43,674 nt of DNA from Bacteroidales bacterium (GCA_028282585.1 JANQHR010000099.1:1-43674); one strand, 5' to 3'; counted from the stretch's first letter, positions 20,665 through 31,182 are shown. Numbers and translations are program-made. The notes: generated from the sequence alone by a model not told the origin.

Positions 20665-21567
20665 ATGGATTTAACACTATTAGTATTAGCAGCGGGTATG
20701 GGTAGCCGGTATGGTGGATTAAAACAATTAGACCAGGTAGGTCCTAGCGGTGAAACCATTATTGATTATTCAGTATACGATGCAATTGAAGCCGGGTTTA
20801 ACAAAATAGTTTTTATTATAAGAAAAGATATCGAAAAAGATATGAAAGAATTGCTTTTTGATAAATATAGTCAAAAGGTTAAGATCGAATATGTTTTTCA
20901 GGAATTGGATAAAATTCCGGAAGGTATTGAATTACCGGAAGATCGTGTTAAACCGTGGGGAACGGGCCATGCTGTTTTAATGGCAAAGGATGTTATCGAA
21001 GAACCATTTGTAGTTATTAATGCAGATGATTTTTACGGTAAAAGTGCCTTTAAAGTGGTTGCGGATTATATGAAAAGTCAGCAAAAAAATTTAAAAGGTA
21101 AGAACTGTATGGCAGGTTACAGGCTTCAAAATACATTATCGAAACATGGTACTGTATCAAGAGGGGTTTGTAAGGTTAATGATAACAATGAATTGGTTGA
21201 AATTACCGAAAGAACTAAGATAGGTTGGAAAGACAATAAGATTATTACTGATGAAAACGGAAAAGATTTGGCATTAAATGGAAATCTGTTTGTTTCAATG
21301 AATTTTTGGGGATTTACACCTGATGTTTTTCCAGAGTTAGAATCTGAATTTAAAAGGTTCATTGTAGATAATTATCAAAATATAAAATCTGAATACTACA
21401 TTCCGTCAATTGTGAGTCACCAAATGGATAATGGTTTAGCAACGGTCAAAGTTTTAGAAGCCACGGATCAATGGTTCGGTGTAACATATAAAGAAGATAA
21501 ACCTCTTGTAATTGAAAAAATAAAACGACTAACCATGGAAGGAAAATACCCCGAAAAACTATGGTAA
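20665..21567 (+). CDS. Sugar-phosphate nucleotidyltransferase
   Basis: LAAGMGSRYGGLKQ, KPWGTGHA, INADDFYG; ATG at 20665. Confidence 0.9.
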   Translation: MDLTLLVLAAGMGSRYGGLKQLDQVGPSGETIIDYSVYDAIEAGFNKIVFIIRKDIEKDMKELLFDKYSQKVKIEYVFQELDKIPEGIELPEDRVKPWGTGHAVLMAKDVIEEPFVVINADDFYGKSAFKVVADYMKSQQKNLKGKNCMAGYRLQNTLSKHGTVSRGVCKVNDNNELVEITERTKIGWKDNKIITDENGKDLALNGNLFVSMNFWGFTPDVFPELESEFKRFIVDNYQNIKSEYYIPSIVSHQMDNGLATVKVLEATDQWFGVTYKEDKPLVIEKIKRLTMEGKYPEKLW

Positions 21568-21643
21568 GTTAACAATTTGTTAAGAATATTTGTTTATGCC
21601 ATTGTAATTCTGCATATTGTGAACTTATTTTGAACTGAACCAA

Positions 21644-22999
21644 ATGCTAAACACGCTTGATTTCATATTCATCGCAATATATTTTATTGTTATACTGGTA
21701 GTTGGATTTTGGTCCGGACATAAAGAAGAAAAGGAAGATTACCTCATAGCAGGTCGTAAATTAAGGTCATTTGAAGCAACAACAACCATCTTTTCAAGTA
21801 GAATTGGTGCTGCAATCTTGCTAACCTATACGGCACTAGTGTACTTATATGGATTAGGAGCATATTGGTACTTTATCGGTTCGGTATTCGGGTTATTCGT
21901 TTTTTATTTTTTTGGTAAAAAAGTAAAGAAAATAGGAGATAAAGAAAAATTCTATACATTATCGGATTTCTTTTTTTATTCGAAAGGAAAAACAGCGGGA
22001 TATTTGTCAGCAATAGTTGTTATAATTATCATGTTTGGGTGGGTTGTACTTAATTTTACTGCCGGTGCCAAATTAGTTGAAGCTTATACTCCGATTAATT
22101 ATAATTGGTCAGTTTTACTTATTGGTGTAATAATAATAGCATATTTAATTGCAGGTGGGTTTAAAGCAGTTGTTAAAACCGATATTATTCAAACTCTTGG
22201 TATTTTCCTATTTTTTGTTTTAATGATTTATCTATTGGTTAATTCAGAAACAAAACCTAAAATAGTTATATCCGATTTATTTGCAATTCCAACAAAAGAG
22301 ATTATTAACTTCTTTCTTGCGGGCTTTTTTATTCCTATGGCTTCGCCTGAATTATGGCAAAGAGTTTATGCAATAAAGAATCAAAAACATTTCAAACGAA
22401 GCTTAATTTTATCTTCAGTATTTTATTTTATTATCGGTTTTATTTTATTAATGATTGGTTTAGTAATTCGAACTGAAATAACTGATATAAATGCAGATAT
22501 AGCTTTAATTGTAGGATTTAGTAGTTTGTTACCCATGGGATTAGCCGGGCTATCAGTTGTAATTATTTATTCAGCAGTTTCATCTTCGGCAGACACATAC
22601 CTTTTTACGGCTGCTTCTTCTATTACTCAGGATTTTATGGAAAAATCCGGAACCATTAAAAGAGAAAAACTATTTGTAACAATGAGGATCATCATGACAA
22701 CATTAATGATATTTGGTGTTACAACTGCAATTATTTTACGTGATATTATTGACACAACATTTTTCTTTGTTTCTTTAATTATGTCTTTGGGTTTTTTAAT
22801 TGTGGTAATTTGGATTTATCCAAAAATTAATAAATACAGCGTCATTTTATCCATTATTTTCTGTTTGATAGGTGTAATAATTCCGGCCATATTTGTAGGA
22901 ATCTCTACGTCTTTAGTAATTTATGCAATAATATCGTGCATTATAGGGTTTTTAGTTGGTGCTTTGGTGAATATTTTTAAAACTAAAATATCCAGTTGA
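21644..22999 (+). CDS. Sodium:solute symporter family protein (short type)
   Basis: DYLIAGRK, GGFKAVVKTD..Q, WQRVYA, SSSADT; multi-TM. Confidence 0.9.
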   Translation: MLNTLDFIFIAIYFIVILVVGFWSGHKEEKEDYLIAGRKLRSFEATTTIFSSRIGAAILLTYTALVYLYGLGAYWYFIGSVFGLFVFYFFGKKVKKIGDKEKFYTLSDFFFYSKGKTAGYLSAIVVIIIMFGWVVLNFTAGAKLVEAYTPINYNWSVLLIGVIIIAYLIAGGFKAVVKTDIIQTLGIFLFFVLMIYLLVNSETKPKIVISDLFAIPTKEIINFFLAGFFIPMASPELWQRVYAIKNQKHFKRSLILSSVFYFIIGFILLMIGLVIRTEITDINADIALIVGFSSLLPMGLAGLSVVIIYSAVSSSADTYLFTAASSITQDFMEKSGTIKREKLFVTMRIIMTTLMIFGVTTAIILRDIIDTTFFFVSLIMSLGFLIVVIWIYPKINKYSVILSIIFCLIGVIIPAIFVGISTSLVIYAIISCIIGFLVGALVNIFKTKISS

Positions 23000-23093
23000 A
23001 TATACGAGTTTGATAAACATATATAATTAATTTATGTTAGTGATTTAATAAATGAAAAATAATTTTCTAACTTTATTACAAAAACTAACTAAA

Positions 23094-23819
23094 ATGATTA
23101 AAAACTCTAAAATCATATTATTAATACTTTCCTTAATAATTCTTTTTGGATCATTTACTAGCTCTAAATTTTATTTAGATAAGTATGAAAAGGTACGGCA
23201 ACGTATGGTGCGTGAGCAAATTGTTGCACGTGGTGTTAAGGATCAAAAGGTTATCCAGGCAATGATTAATGTACAGCGTCACCTATTTGTGCCCAAAAGC
23301 CAGGAAAGAATGGCGTATGAAGATCGACCATTACCAATTGGAGAGGGGCAAACTATCTCGCAACCCTATATTGTAGCTTTAATGACTGAGCAATTGGAGT
23401 TAGATAAAAGCATGAGTGTTTTGGAAATTGGTACAGGTTCTGGCTATCAAGCTGCAATACTGGCAGAAATTGTAAAAGAGGTTTATACCATTGAAATCAT
23501 TGAGTCGCTTGGATTAAAGGCAAAAAAAACACTTGAAAGTCTGGGTTATAACAACATTGACTTCAAAATTGGGGATGGATATAAAGGTTGGAAAGAAAAA
23601 GCTCCTTTCGACGCAATAATTGTAACATGTGCTCCTACAAATATTCCTAAACCACTCGAAGAACAGCTTAAAGAAGGTGGAAAAATGATTATCCCTGTTG
23701 GTGGAAGTATTGCCCAGGAACTGGTTTTAATTGAAAAAAGTGAGGGTAAATTGATCAGAAAACAAGTTAGCTCAGTTCGTTTTGTACCAATGGTTCGTAA
23801 TGATGGGAAACGTTATTAA
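23094..23819 (+). CDS. pcm: Protein-L-isoaspartate(D-aspartate) O-methyltransferase with N-terminal signal/anchor
   Basis: AYEDRPLPIGEGQTISQPY, VLEIGTGSGYQAA, APFDAIIVT, VRFVPM; start 23094 or 23052. Confidence 0.95.
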   Translation: MIKNSKIILLILSLIILFGSFTSSKFYLDKYEKVRQRMVREQIVARGVKDQKVIQAMINVQRHLFVPKSQERMAYEDRPLPIGEGQTISQPYIVALMTEQLELDKSMSVLEIGTGSGYQAAILAEIVKEVYTIEIIESLGLKAKKTLESLGYNNIDFKIGDGYKGWKEKAPFDAIIVTCAPTNIPKPLEEQLKEGGKMIIPVGGSIAQELVLIEKSEGKLIRKQVSSVRFVPMVRNDGKRY

Positions 23820-23875
23820 ACTTTTTATTTTTTTTTACGTCTATTAGAAAATCATAACCTAAAAAAACACTTTAT

Positions 23876-26293
23876 ATGAAAAGAATTTTAATGTTAACCT
23901 TACTAAGCACAATATTTTTCAGTGCTTACAGTCAAGTCGACCTTAAATATCAGACTCCACCACAAGAAATTATGGAGCTAGCTGATACGAAACAACCACC
24001 TCGGGTGCAAATGAATGAAGAAGGAACTTATGCATTATTAATGTATAGGAATCAATATAAAAGCATTGAGGAACTTTCCGAAACTGAGCTAAGGCTAGGT
24101 GGACTAAGAATTAATCCTGTAACAAATATCTATAGCAGAACTCGCTATTTTAATAAAATTGAAATATTAGATGTAAAAAATGAAAAAAATACTGAGATAA
24201 AAAATCTGCCAGAAAAAGTAAGATTATCTAACTTTTCATGGTCACCTGATCAATCTAAAATGGCCTTTACCAACACAACTCATAAAGGAGTAGAATTATG
24301 GGTTTTGGATATAAAGGAAGCTTTGGCAACAAAAATTACAGAAGATAATTTGAATGCAAATGTTGGTATCCCATATGAGTGGTTTCGGAATGGTTCAGCT
24401 TTATTGGTTAAGACATTACCTAAAGATAAAAAAGAACTAATTGATAAAACAATTTCTATTCCAACAGGACCAACTGTTTCAATAAATGAAGGCCAAAAAG
24501 CTCAAAATAGAACTTACCAGGACTTACTTAAAGATAAAAGTGACGAATTTAATTTTGAACAATTGGCACGTTCAGATATTTATAAAGTAGATTTAAATGG
24601 AAGTAAAACGCTTTGGAAAGAAACAGCAATGTATCGTCAATTAAGTTTCTCTCCTGATGGGAATTACATATTGGTAACAACCATTGAAAGGCCGTTCTCA
24701 TATATAGTTCCTTATTACAGGTTTCCACAAACCACAATGATTTATGATAAACAAGGTAAAGAAGTTAAAAAAATATTGGAAGTACCACTAATTGAGGAAT
24801 TACCAAAAGGCTTCATGGCCGAACGTAAAGGTATGAGAGATCTTAACTGGAGAGCTGACAAACCTGCGACTTTATATTGGGCAGAAGTGTTAGATGAAGG
24901 CGATCCCGAAATAGAAGTGGAATATCGTGATGAAATTTTCGAATTAAATGCTCCATTTACTGCAGAAAAAAGAAGCTTATTAAAAACAAAGAATAGATTT
25001 TACCAATTGAATTGGGGTAATGACAAAATAGCTATTGCAATTGATTTTTGGTGGAATAATAGAAATGTAAAAGCTTATGTTTTTAATCCTTCGGATTCAA
25101 AGCAGGAACCAAAAATTATTCAGGATTACAATTACCAAGATCGTTATAATGATCCTGGAACCCCTCAAATGGTAAGAAATGAATATGGTAAAAGGGTACT
25201 TCTACTTGAAGGCAGTAATATGTTCTTAATTGGTGATGGATACTCTGATGAAGGTATTAGGCCATTTATTGACGAGTTTAATATCGAAACTAAAGAATCC
25301 AACAGATTATGGCAAGCTGACGGAAAAGAAACTTTAGAAAGTATTTATGCTATAAAAGATATAAAAGAAGGAAAGATTTTAACTCGTATTGAATCAAAAA
25401 GTAGATACCCAAATTATTATTTCAGAAATATTAAAACCGGAGGTGTAATTCCTGTTACGCAATTTGAAAATCCTTTTAAAAGTCTTCAAGGCGTGCACAA
25501 AGAAGTAATAAAGTATAAAAGAGATGATGGACTAGAGTTGTCAGGAACATTATATTTACCTGTTGAATATGAAGAAGGGAAAAAATATCCAATGGTTATG
25601 TGGGCATATCCGGAAGAATTTAAAGATAAAAGTACTGCAGGCCAGGTAACTTCATCTGAACATGAATTTGTTTATCCTTGGTATGGTTCACCTATATTTT
25701 GGGTAACGCGAGGTTATGTTGTATTAGATGATGCTTCTTTCCCAATTGTTGGTGAAGGTGAAGAAGAACCCAATGATTCATTTATACCTCAGTTAGTTGC
25801 TAATGGAAAAGCAGCAATAGATGCTGTTGATGAATTAGGTTATATTGATAGAAATAAAGTCGCTGTTGGTGGTCACTCATATGGTGCATTTATGACAGCA
25901 AACCTTTTAACTCATTCTAATGATTATGCAGCAGGTATTGCCAGAAGTGGAGCTTATAACAGAACTTTAACACCATTTGGATTCCAGTCAGAAGAAAGAA
26001 ACTATTGGGAAGCACCTGAGATTTATTATGAAATGTCTCCGTTTATGCATGCGGATAAAATGAAAACTCCGTTACTACTTATCCATGGAGCAGCTGATAA
26101 TAATTCAGGAACATATACCATGCAAAGTGAACGTTATTTTAATGCTTTAAAAGGATTAGGAGCAACTGTTCGTTTAGTTCTTCTTCCAAAAGAAAGCCAT
26201 GGCTATGTGGCAAGAGAATCAGTTCTTCACACTCTCTGGGAACAAGATCAATGGCTTGAAAAATATGTCAAAAACAAAGAATTGAAAAAATAA
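23876..26293 (+). CDS. Secreted S9-family (prolyl oligopeptidase-like, glutamyl-endopeptidase type) serine peptidase
   Basis: Signal peptide; beta-propeller; GGHSYG nucleophile, ADNN Asp, ESHGY His. Confidence 0.92.
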   Translation: MKRILMLTLLSTIFFSAYSQVDLKYQTPPQEIMELADTKQPPRVQMNEEGTYALLMYRNQYKSIEELSETELRLGGLRINPVTNIYSRTRYFNKIEILDVKNEKNTEIKNLPEKVRLSNFSWSPDQSKMAFTNTTHKGVELWVLDIKEALATKITEDNLNANVGIPYEWFRNGSALLVKTLPKDKKELIDKTISIPTGPTVSINEGQKAQNRTYQDLLKDKSDEFNFEQLARSDIYKVDLNGSKTLWKETAMYRQLSFSPDGNYILVTTIERPFSYIVPYYRFPQTTMIYDKQGKEVKKILEVPLIEELPKGFMAERKGMRDLNWRADKPATLYWAEVLDEGDPEIEVEYRDEIFELNAPFTAEKRSLLKTKNRFYQLNWGNDKIAIAIDFWWNNRNVKAYVFNPSDSKQEPKIIQDYNYQDRYNDPGTPQMVRNEYGKRVLLLEGSNMFLIGDGYSDEGIRPFIDEFNIETKESNRLWQADGKETLESIYAIKDIKEGKILTRIESKSRYPNYYFRNIKTGGVIPVTQFENPFKSLQGVHKEVIKYKRDDGLELSGTLYLPVEYEEGKKYPMVMWAYPEEFKDKSTAGQVTSSEHEFVYPWYGSPIFWVTRGYVVLDDASFPIVGEGEEEPNDSFIPQLVANGKAAIDAVDELGYIDRNKVAVGGHSYGAFMTANLLTHSNDYAAGIARSGAYNRTLTPFGFQSEERNYWEAPEIYYEMSPFMHADKMKTPLLLIHGAADNNSGTYTMQSERYFNALKGLGATVRLVLLPKESHGYVARESVLHTLWEQDQWLEKYVKNKELKK

Positions 26294-26300
26294 ATGAGAG

Positions 26301-26326
26301 GAGCTGCTTTTTGCAGCTCTTTTTTT
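26301..26326 (+). terminator. Intrinsic terminator
   Basis: GAGCTGC-TTTTT-GCAGCTC followed by T7. Confidence 0.85.
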
Positions 26327-26395
26327 CTTTAAGAGTTAAACATTTTGAAATTCTTTTCGTCTAAGGCATTGTATACTTTAAAAAATTCTACTTAG

Positions 26396-27613
26396 ATGAA
26401 ACTTAAGAACCTTTTAAGCCTTTTGGCTGTAATTTTATTTGTTTCTTGTGAACAAGATCTGAATAAAAAAGCGGATAAAATCCATGAAGAAATTGTCTCT
26501 ATTGACACACACGCAGATACACCTTTAAACTTTCTAGATGAGGATTTTGACATTGGAAAATGGAACAATTTTGATTCGACCCGCACAAGAATCGATTTTC
26601 CAAGAATGAAGGCTGGTAAATTAGATGCTGTTTTTATGGCTGTTTTTATTGGACAAGGAGAAAGAACCGAGGAAGGAAATTCAAATGCAAAAAAACGTGC
26701 ATTAAAGATTTTTAATGCGTTGTACGAAAAGGTTGGAAAATACCCGGAGCAAGCCGAAATTGGTTATAATTCCGATGATGTATATAAAATAAAAAATAAA
26801 GGTAAAAGTACCGTTTATATCGGTGTTGAAAATGGATATACCATTGGAAATGACATTAATAATATTAAAGAGTTCTATGATTTAGGTGCACGTTATATTA
26901 CATTGTGTCATACTAAAAATAATGATATTTGTGACTCATCAACCGATAAAAAAGGACCTGAATTTAACGGTTTAAGCGAATTTGGTGAAGAAGTTATAAA
27001 GGAAATGAACCGTTTGGGTTTGATTGTCGACGTTTCTCATATTTCTGACTCAGCATATTTTGATGTGTTAGAACTTTCTAAAACTCCGGTAATAGCTTCA
27101 CATTCAAGCATTAGGGCTATTTGCGATAACCCGAGGAATTTTTCAGATGAAATGTTATATGCTTTAAAGGAAAATGGTGGAGTTATACAAATATGTATAT
27201 TAAGCGATTATATTAAACAGCCTAAACCATATCCTGAAAGGGACTCTGCTTTTAAGGCTTTAAGAATTAAATGGAATGGCTATCAAGGGTTAACGGAAGA
27301 GCAATATAATCAAGCAAGTAAAGAATGGCGCGCATTACAGATAAAATACCCTAAAGAATTAGCAACAGTTGCTGATGCGGTAGATCATATAGATTATGTT
27401 GTTAATAAAATTGGTATTGATTACGTTGGAATAGGAACTGATTTCGATGGAGGAGGAGGTTTGGCTGATTGTAGAGATGCCAGCGAAATGAAAAATATTA
27501 CTATTGAATTATTGAAAAGGGGATATACTAAAGAAGGAATAAAGAAGATATGGGGAGAAAACTTTTTAAGGGTTTTTAGAGCCGTTGAAGATGCATCTGT
27601 AAAACCAATCTAA
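26396..27613 (+). CDS. M19 membrane dipeptidase (lipoprotein)
   Basis: Lipobox FVSC; DTHADT, DVSH, ASHS, GIGTDFDG. Confidence 0.93.
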   Translation: MKLKNLLSLLAVILFVSCEQDLNKKADKIHEEIVSIDTHADTPLNFLDEDFDIGKWNNFDSTRTRIDFPRMKAGKLDAVFMAVFIGQGERTEEGNSNAKKRALKIFNALYEKVGKYPEQAEIGYNSDDVYKIKNKGKSTVYIGVENGYTIGNDINNIKEFYDLGARYITLCHTKNNDICDSSTDKKGPEFNGLSEFGEEVIKEMNRLGLIVDVSHISDSAYFDVLELSKTPVIASHSSIRAICDNPRNFSDEMLYALKENGGVIQICILSDYIKQPKPYPERDSAFKALRIKWNGYQGLTEEQYNQASKEWRALQIKYPKELATVADAVDHIDYVVNKIGIDYVGIGTDFDGGGGLADCRDASEMKNITIELLKRGYTKEGIKKIWGENFLRVFRAVEDASVKPI

Positions 27614-27621
27614 TTGATAGA

Positions 27622-28506
27622 ATGAAAGATATAAAAGTAGCTGTAGTACAATCAAGTCCCATTCTTTTCAATAAAGAAAAAACAATTAAACGAACATATA
27701 ATTATATTCAAGAAGCGTTTAAAAATAAAGCTAATCTATTACTTTTCCCAGAGGCTTATATAGGAGATTACCCAAGAGGGCTAAGCTTTGGCACAATAGT
27801 AGGCAGTAGGTCGGAAAAAGGAAAGGAAATATGGCATAAATATTACCAAAATGCTATTAACGTTCCGGGGAAGGAGACTGAGCAGTTTGCCAAATGGGCC
27901 AAAGAATTTAAAATTTATTTAAATATTGGAGTTGTTGAACGAGGTCGGGGAACACTATATTGTACATTACTTTATTTTACTCCTGACGGTAAATTAAGTG
28001 GTAAACACCGAAAAATTAAACCAACCGCATTAGAAAGAATTATTTGGGGCGAAGGTGATAAATCTTCATTAGTTGTAATTAATAGTAAAATAGGCCAGGT
28101 AGGAGGCTTAATATGCTGGGAAAACTATATGCCACAGGCACGCATGGAGCTTTATAAAAAAAATGTGGAAATTTATCTGGCACCGACTGCAGATCATAGA
28201 GATACCTGGCAATCAACGATGATTCATATCGCATCTGAAGGAAGATGCTATGTATTAGGATGTAACCAATTTGTTACAAAAGAAATGTACCCTGAAGAAT
28301 TTAAAGAAGAGTTGAATAATGAGCCGGAAATCATGAGCAAAGGAGGAAGTGTTATTGTTTCTCCTTCCGGAAAAGTGCTTGCAGGACCATTGTTTGGTAA
28401 AGAGGGAATCTTATACGCTAATTTAACTGAAAAGGAGTTAATTAAAAGTAAGTTTGATTTTGATGTAATTGGTCATTACTCAAGAAATGACATTTTTGAT
28501 GAATAA
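27622..28506 (+). CDS. Carbon-nitrogen hydrolase (nitrilase branch)
   Basis: Catalytic triad FPEA, HRKIKPT, ICWENY; C-terminal DFDVIGHYSR. Confidence 0.92.
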   Translation: MKDIKVAVVQSSPILFNKEKTIKRTYNYIQEAFKNKANLLLFPEAYIGDYPRGLSFGTIVGSRSEKGKEIWHKYYQNAINVPGKETEQFAKWAKEFKIYLNIGVVERGRGTLYCTLLYFTPDGKLSGKHRKIKPTALERIIWGEGDKSSLVVINSKIGQVGGLICWENYMPQARMELYKKNVEIYLAPTADHRDTWQSTMIHIASEGRCYVLGCNQFVTKEMYPEEFKEELNNEPEIMSKGGSVIVSPSGKVLAGPLFGKEGILYANLTEKELIKSKFDFDVIGHYSRNDIFDE

Positions 28507-28539
28507 TTTTAATGGCTAAATTTGCAAAAAGCCATGTTC

Positions 28540-29346
28540 ATGAATTCATTAAAAGAAAAACTACATCAAATAATATTTGGTACAGACACTAAACTTGGGC
28601 GATTATTTGATATTATACTCTTATGGGCAATTCTTTTAAGTATATCTGTTGTCGTATTCGAAAGTTTAAAATCATTAAGAACAGAATATTTTTCCTTTTT
28701 TATTTACTCCGAATGGTTTTTTACTGTTCTTTTTACTGTTGAGTATTTTACCAGAATATGGATTTCGCCAAAACCTCTTAAATATATTTTTAGTTTTTTG
28801 GGATTGGTTGACCTTTTATCAATTATTCCAACTTATCTAAGTTTAGTATTAACAGGAACTCATTATTTGGTTGTTATTAGAGCTATTCGTTTACTAAGAG
28901 TTTTTCGAATTTTAAAGCTTAATTATTTCCTTAATCAAGGAGAATTAATTGTAATAGCATTAAAAGCTAGTTTTAGAAAAATAGGAGTTTTTCTTTTTGC
29001 AATACTTAATATAGTGGTTATAATAGGCGCTGCAATGTATGTAATTGAAGGAGAATCAAATGGATTCGACAGTATTCCTCGAAGTATATACTGGGCAATA
29101 GTAACAATTACTACGGTTGGCTATGGAGATATATCTCCGCAAACTTCCTTAGGCCAATTTATTTCATCAATTATAATGATTGTAGGATACGCAATAATAG
29201 CTGTGCCAACTGGAATTGTTTCATCAGAAATAACCAGGCAACATCTGAGTATAGAAAAACTAAAATGCAATAACTGCAAGCATGAAATTAGTTCCGGTCA
29301 TAATTTCTGTTCAAATTGTGGAGAAAAATTAATGCGTAATAACTAA
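28540..29346 (+). CDS. Voltage-gated-type potassium channel (ion transporter) with C-terminal zinc ribbon
   Basis: S4 RAIRLLRVFRILK; TTVGYGD filter; CNNC..CSNC. The TTG at 28522 overlaps a TAAATTTG promoter (28517), so ATG 28540 is preferred. Confidence 0.92.
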   Translation: MNSLKEKLHQIIFGTDTKLGRLFDIILLWAILLSISVVVFESLKSLRTEYFSFFIYSEWFFTVLFTVEYFTRIWISPKPLKYIFSFLGLVDLLSIIPTYLSLVLTGTHYLVVIRAIRLLRVFRILKLNYFLNQGELIVIALKASFRKIGVFLFAILNIVVIIGAAMYVIEGESNGFDSIPRSIYWAIVTITTVGYGDISPQTSLGQFISSIIMIVGYAIIAVPTGIVSSEITRQHLSIEKLKCNNCKHEISSGHNFCSNCGEKLMRNN

Positions 29347-29418
29347 TCTTTTTTCTTATACGTATTTTTTGTATATTAGAATTTCAATTAACTAATATTT
29401 ACAATAAAACCAACCACT

Positions 29419-29682
29419 ATGAAAAAAGTTTTTTTATTTGGAGCTTTAGCTTTATTTGCAGCAGGAACTATTTTTACTGTAACCTCTTGTGATGATGACA
29501 ACCCAATCAGTTGTACCCAGAAAGCTATTGACGTAGCTAATGCAGCAGAAGATTTTGGAAATGACCCTTCATCTGAGAATTGCAATAAATATAAAAATGC
29601 AATTAATGAATATTTAGATTGTGATATTGCACAAGCTCTTAAAGATGAATATGAAGATATCTTAGCTGGACTAGATTGTTAA
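29419..29682 (+). CDS. Small Cys-containing lipoprotein
   Basis: Signal peptide with VTSC lipobox followed by DDD; four more Cys. Confidence 0.85.
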   Translation: MKKVFLFGALALFAAGTIFTVTSCDDDNPISCTQKAIDVANAAEDFGNDPSSENCNKYKNAINEYLDCDIAQALKDEYEDILAGLDC

Positions 29683-29706
29683 TTCATATTTATAAATACA
29701 GTACTG

Positions 29707-29732
29707 AAACCTCGATTTATTCGGGGTTTTTT
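29707..29732. terminator. Terminator between the convergent lipoprotein and rtcB
   Basis: AAACCTCGA-TTTAT-TCGGGGTTT plus T-run. Confidence 0.8.
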
Positions 29733-31131
29733 ACTTTGCCATCCTCACTATTTTTGGTGTAAACTTAGCTACCACTTCAACTAAATCTTTTTGATACTCC
29801 ATAATCTTTCTGATGTCTTTATATACCCAGGGAGCTTCGTCAATATTTCCACCTATTAACGTAACATTTTGTTTAGATAAGTATTTTTGCATCTCTTTTT
29901 TTGATACCGATTGTTTAGCAGCTTTTCTCGATAAAATACGACCCGCTCCATGAGCTGCAGAATTCATCGATTCTGAATTTTCTTTACCTCTAATAATAAA
30001 TGCAGGTGTAGCCATTGAACCGGGAATTATACCCAGAACTCTTTTTCCTGTTGGAGTTGCACCCTTTCTATGTATAATTACATCACTGCCATCTTCTAGT
30101 TTTTCCTTCCATGCAAAATTGTGATGATTTTCAACTTTGAAAATCGGTTTCTCACCCAAAGCTTTGGATAATCTCAAATGAATTTGTTCATGGTTTGCAG
30201 CAGAATAATCGCCCGCTAATGTCATAGCAAGCCAATATTCTTGTCCTTCTTCGGAATTTAGATTGAGCCATGAAAGATTAGTTGCGCCCTTAGGTAAATG
30301 ACATAAATCTTTAGCTATTTTCGTATAATACTTAGCTATTTCGGCTCCCATGCCACGTGATCCGGAATGTGAGAGAATTGCAAAATATTTACCTGTTGGT
30401 AATTTCCATTCATTTTCAATATCTATTATATCAAGTACTCCTATATCAACAAAATGATTACCATGGCCTGAAGTTCCAATCTGACTATAAGCTTTAGATT
30501 TTAAAGATCTTAATAATGGAATTTCTTTAAATTCTTCTCTATCCAATACCGAATGCTCCATCGGAATGTTAAATTCATCATTTCCAAAACGAGTCTCATC
30601 CAATAATATTTGTTTCAATTTGGTCTTATCAATCTCTATTTTATTAACCGTTAAGTCATAAACACTTATACACATTCTACAACCAATATCCATTCCTACA
30701 CCATAAGGTATTACCGCATTTTTAGTAGCAAGAACACCTCCAATTGGTAGGCCATACCCTTGGTGTGCATCTGCCATTAACGCACCTTTTATCGTTATAG
30801 GTAAGCGCATAGCAACATCCATTTGTTTTATAGGACTTTCCTCAATTTCTTTTTTCCCATATATTTTATAGTTAAGTGGGGTAGACCTAAGCTTTATTTC
30901 TTCTTGAGCTTGTTTAGGTTTTGATTTAAAGACATCAATTAATCCGGAAAAATGTTGGTGGTTCTCATAATTGTCTTGATTTTTTATTACGTCTGATAAA
31001 AGATCAAGAATTTCTGCTTTTGTCGATCCTTTGTAATACTTAGATATAATTGTTTTGGCCAAACTCTTAGAGGTTTCAGTTGGAAAACCAATTCTTCTTA
31101 ATTCTTTACCACTTAATCTTACTTTTTTCAT
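29731..31131 (-). CDS. rtcB: RtcB-family 3'-phosphate/5'-OH RNA ligase
   Basis: DAHQGYG, DIGC, GNHF, HSGSRG, HHN, HRKGAT, PGSM, HGAGR, DEAP..YK. Confidence 0.95.
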   Translation of the reverse strand: MKKVRLSGKELRRIGFPTETSKSLAKTIISKYYKGSTKAEILDLLSDVIKNQDNYENHQHFSGLIDVFKSKPKQAQEEIKLRSTPLNYKIYGKKEIEESPIKQMDVAMRLPITIKGALMADAHQGYGLPIGGVLATKNAVIPYGVGMDIGCRMCISVYDLTVNKIEIDKTKLKQILLDETRFGNDEFNIPMEHSVLDREEFKEIPLLRSLKSKAYSQIGTSGHGNHFVDIGVLDIIDIENEWKLPTGKYFAILSHSGSRGMGAEIAKYYTKIAKDLCHLPKGATNLSWLNLNSEEGQEYWLAMTLAGDYSAANHEQIHLRLSKALGEKPIFKVENHHNFAWKEKLEDGSDVIIHRKGATPTGKRVLGIIPGSMATPAFIIRGKENSESMNSAAHGAGRILSRKAAKQSVSKKEMQKYLSKQNVTLIGGNIDEAPWVYKDIRKIMEYQKDLVEVVAKFTPKIVRMAK

Positions 31132-31166
31132 GCAAATTCAAAATTACCGATGAAATGAAATAAAGG

Positions 31167-31174
31167 CAAATATA
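31167..31174 (-). promoter_or_regulatory. -7 promoter element of rtcB
   Basis: TATATTTG on the minus strand about 35 bp upstream of the ATG. Confidence 0.55.
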
Positions 31175-31182
31175 TAATTATA

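Noticed and set aside
21569-21583. TTAACAA-T-TTGTTAA palindrome before the second SSS gene
   Set aside because: Short and AT-rich, with no supporting copy seen
29270-29325. Zinc ribbon on the K+ channel
   Set aside because: Common architecture in this bacterial channel family
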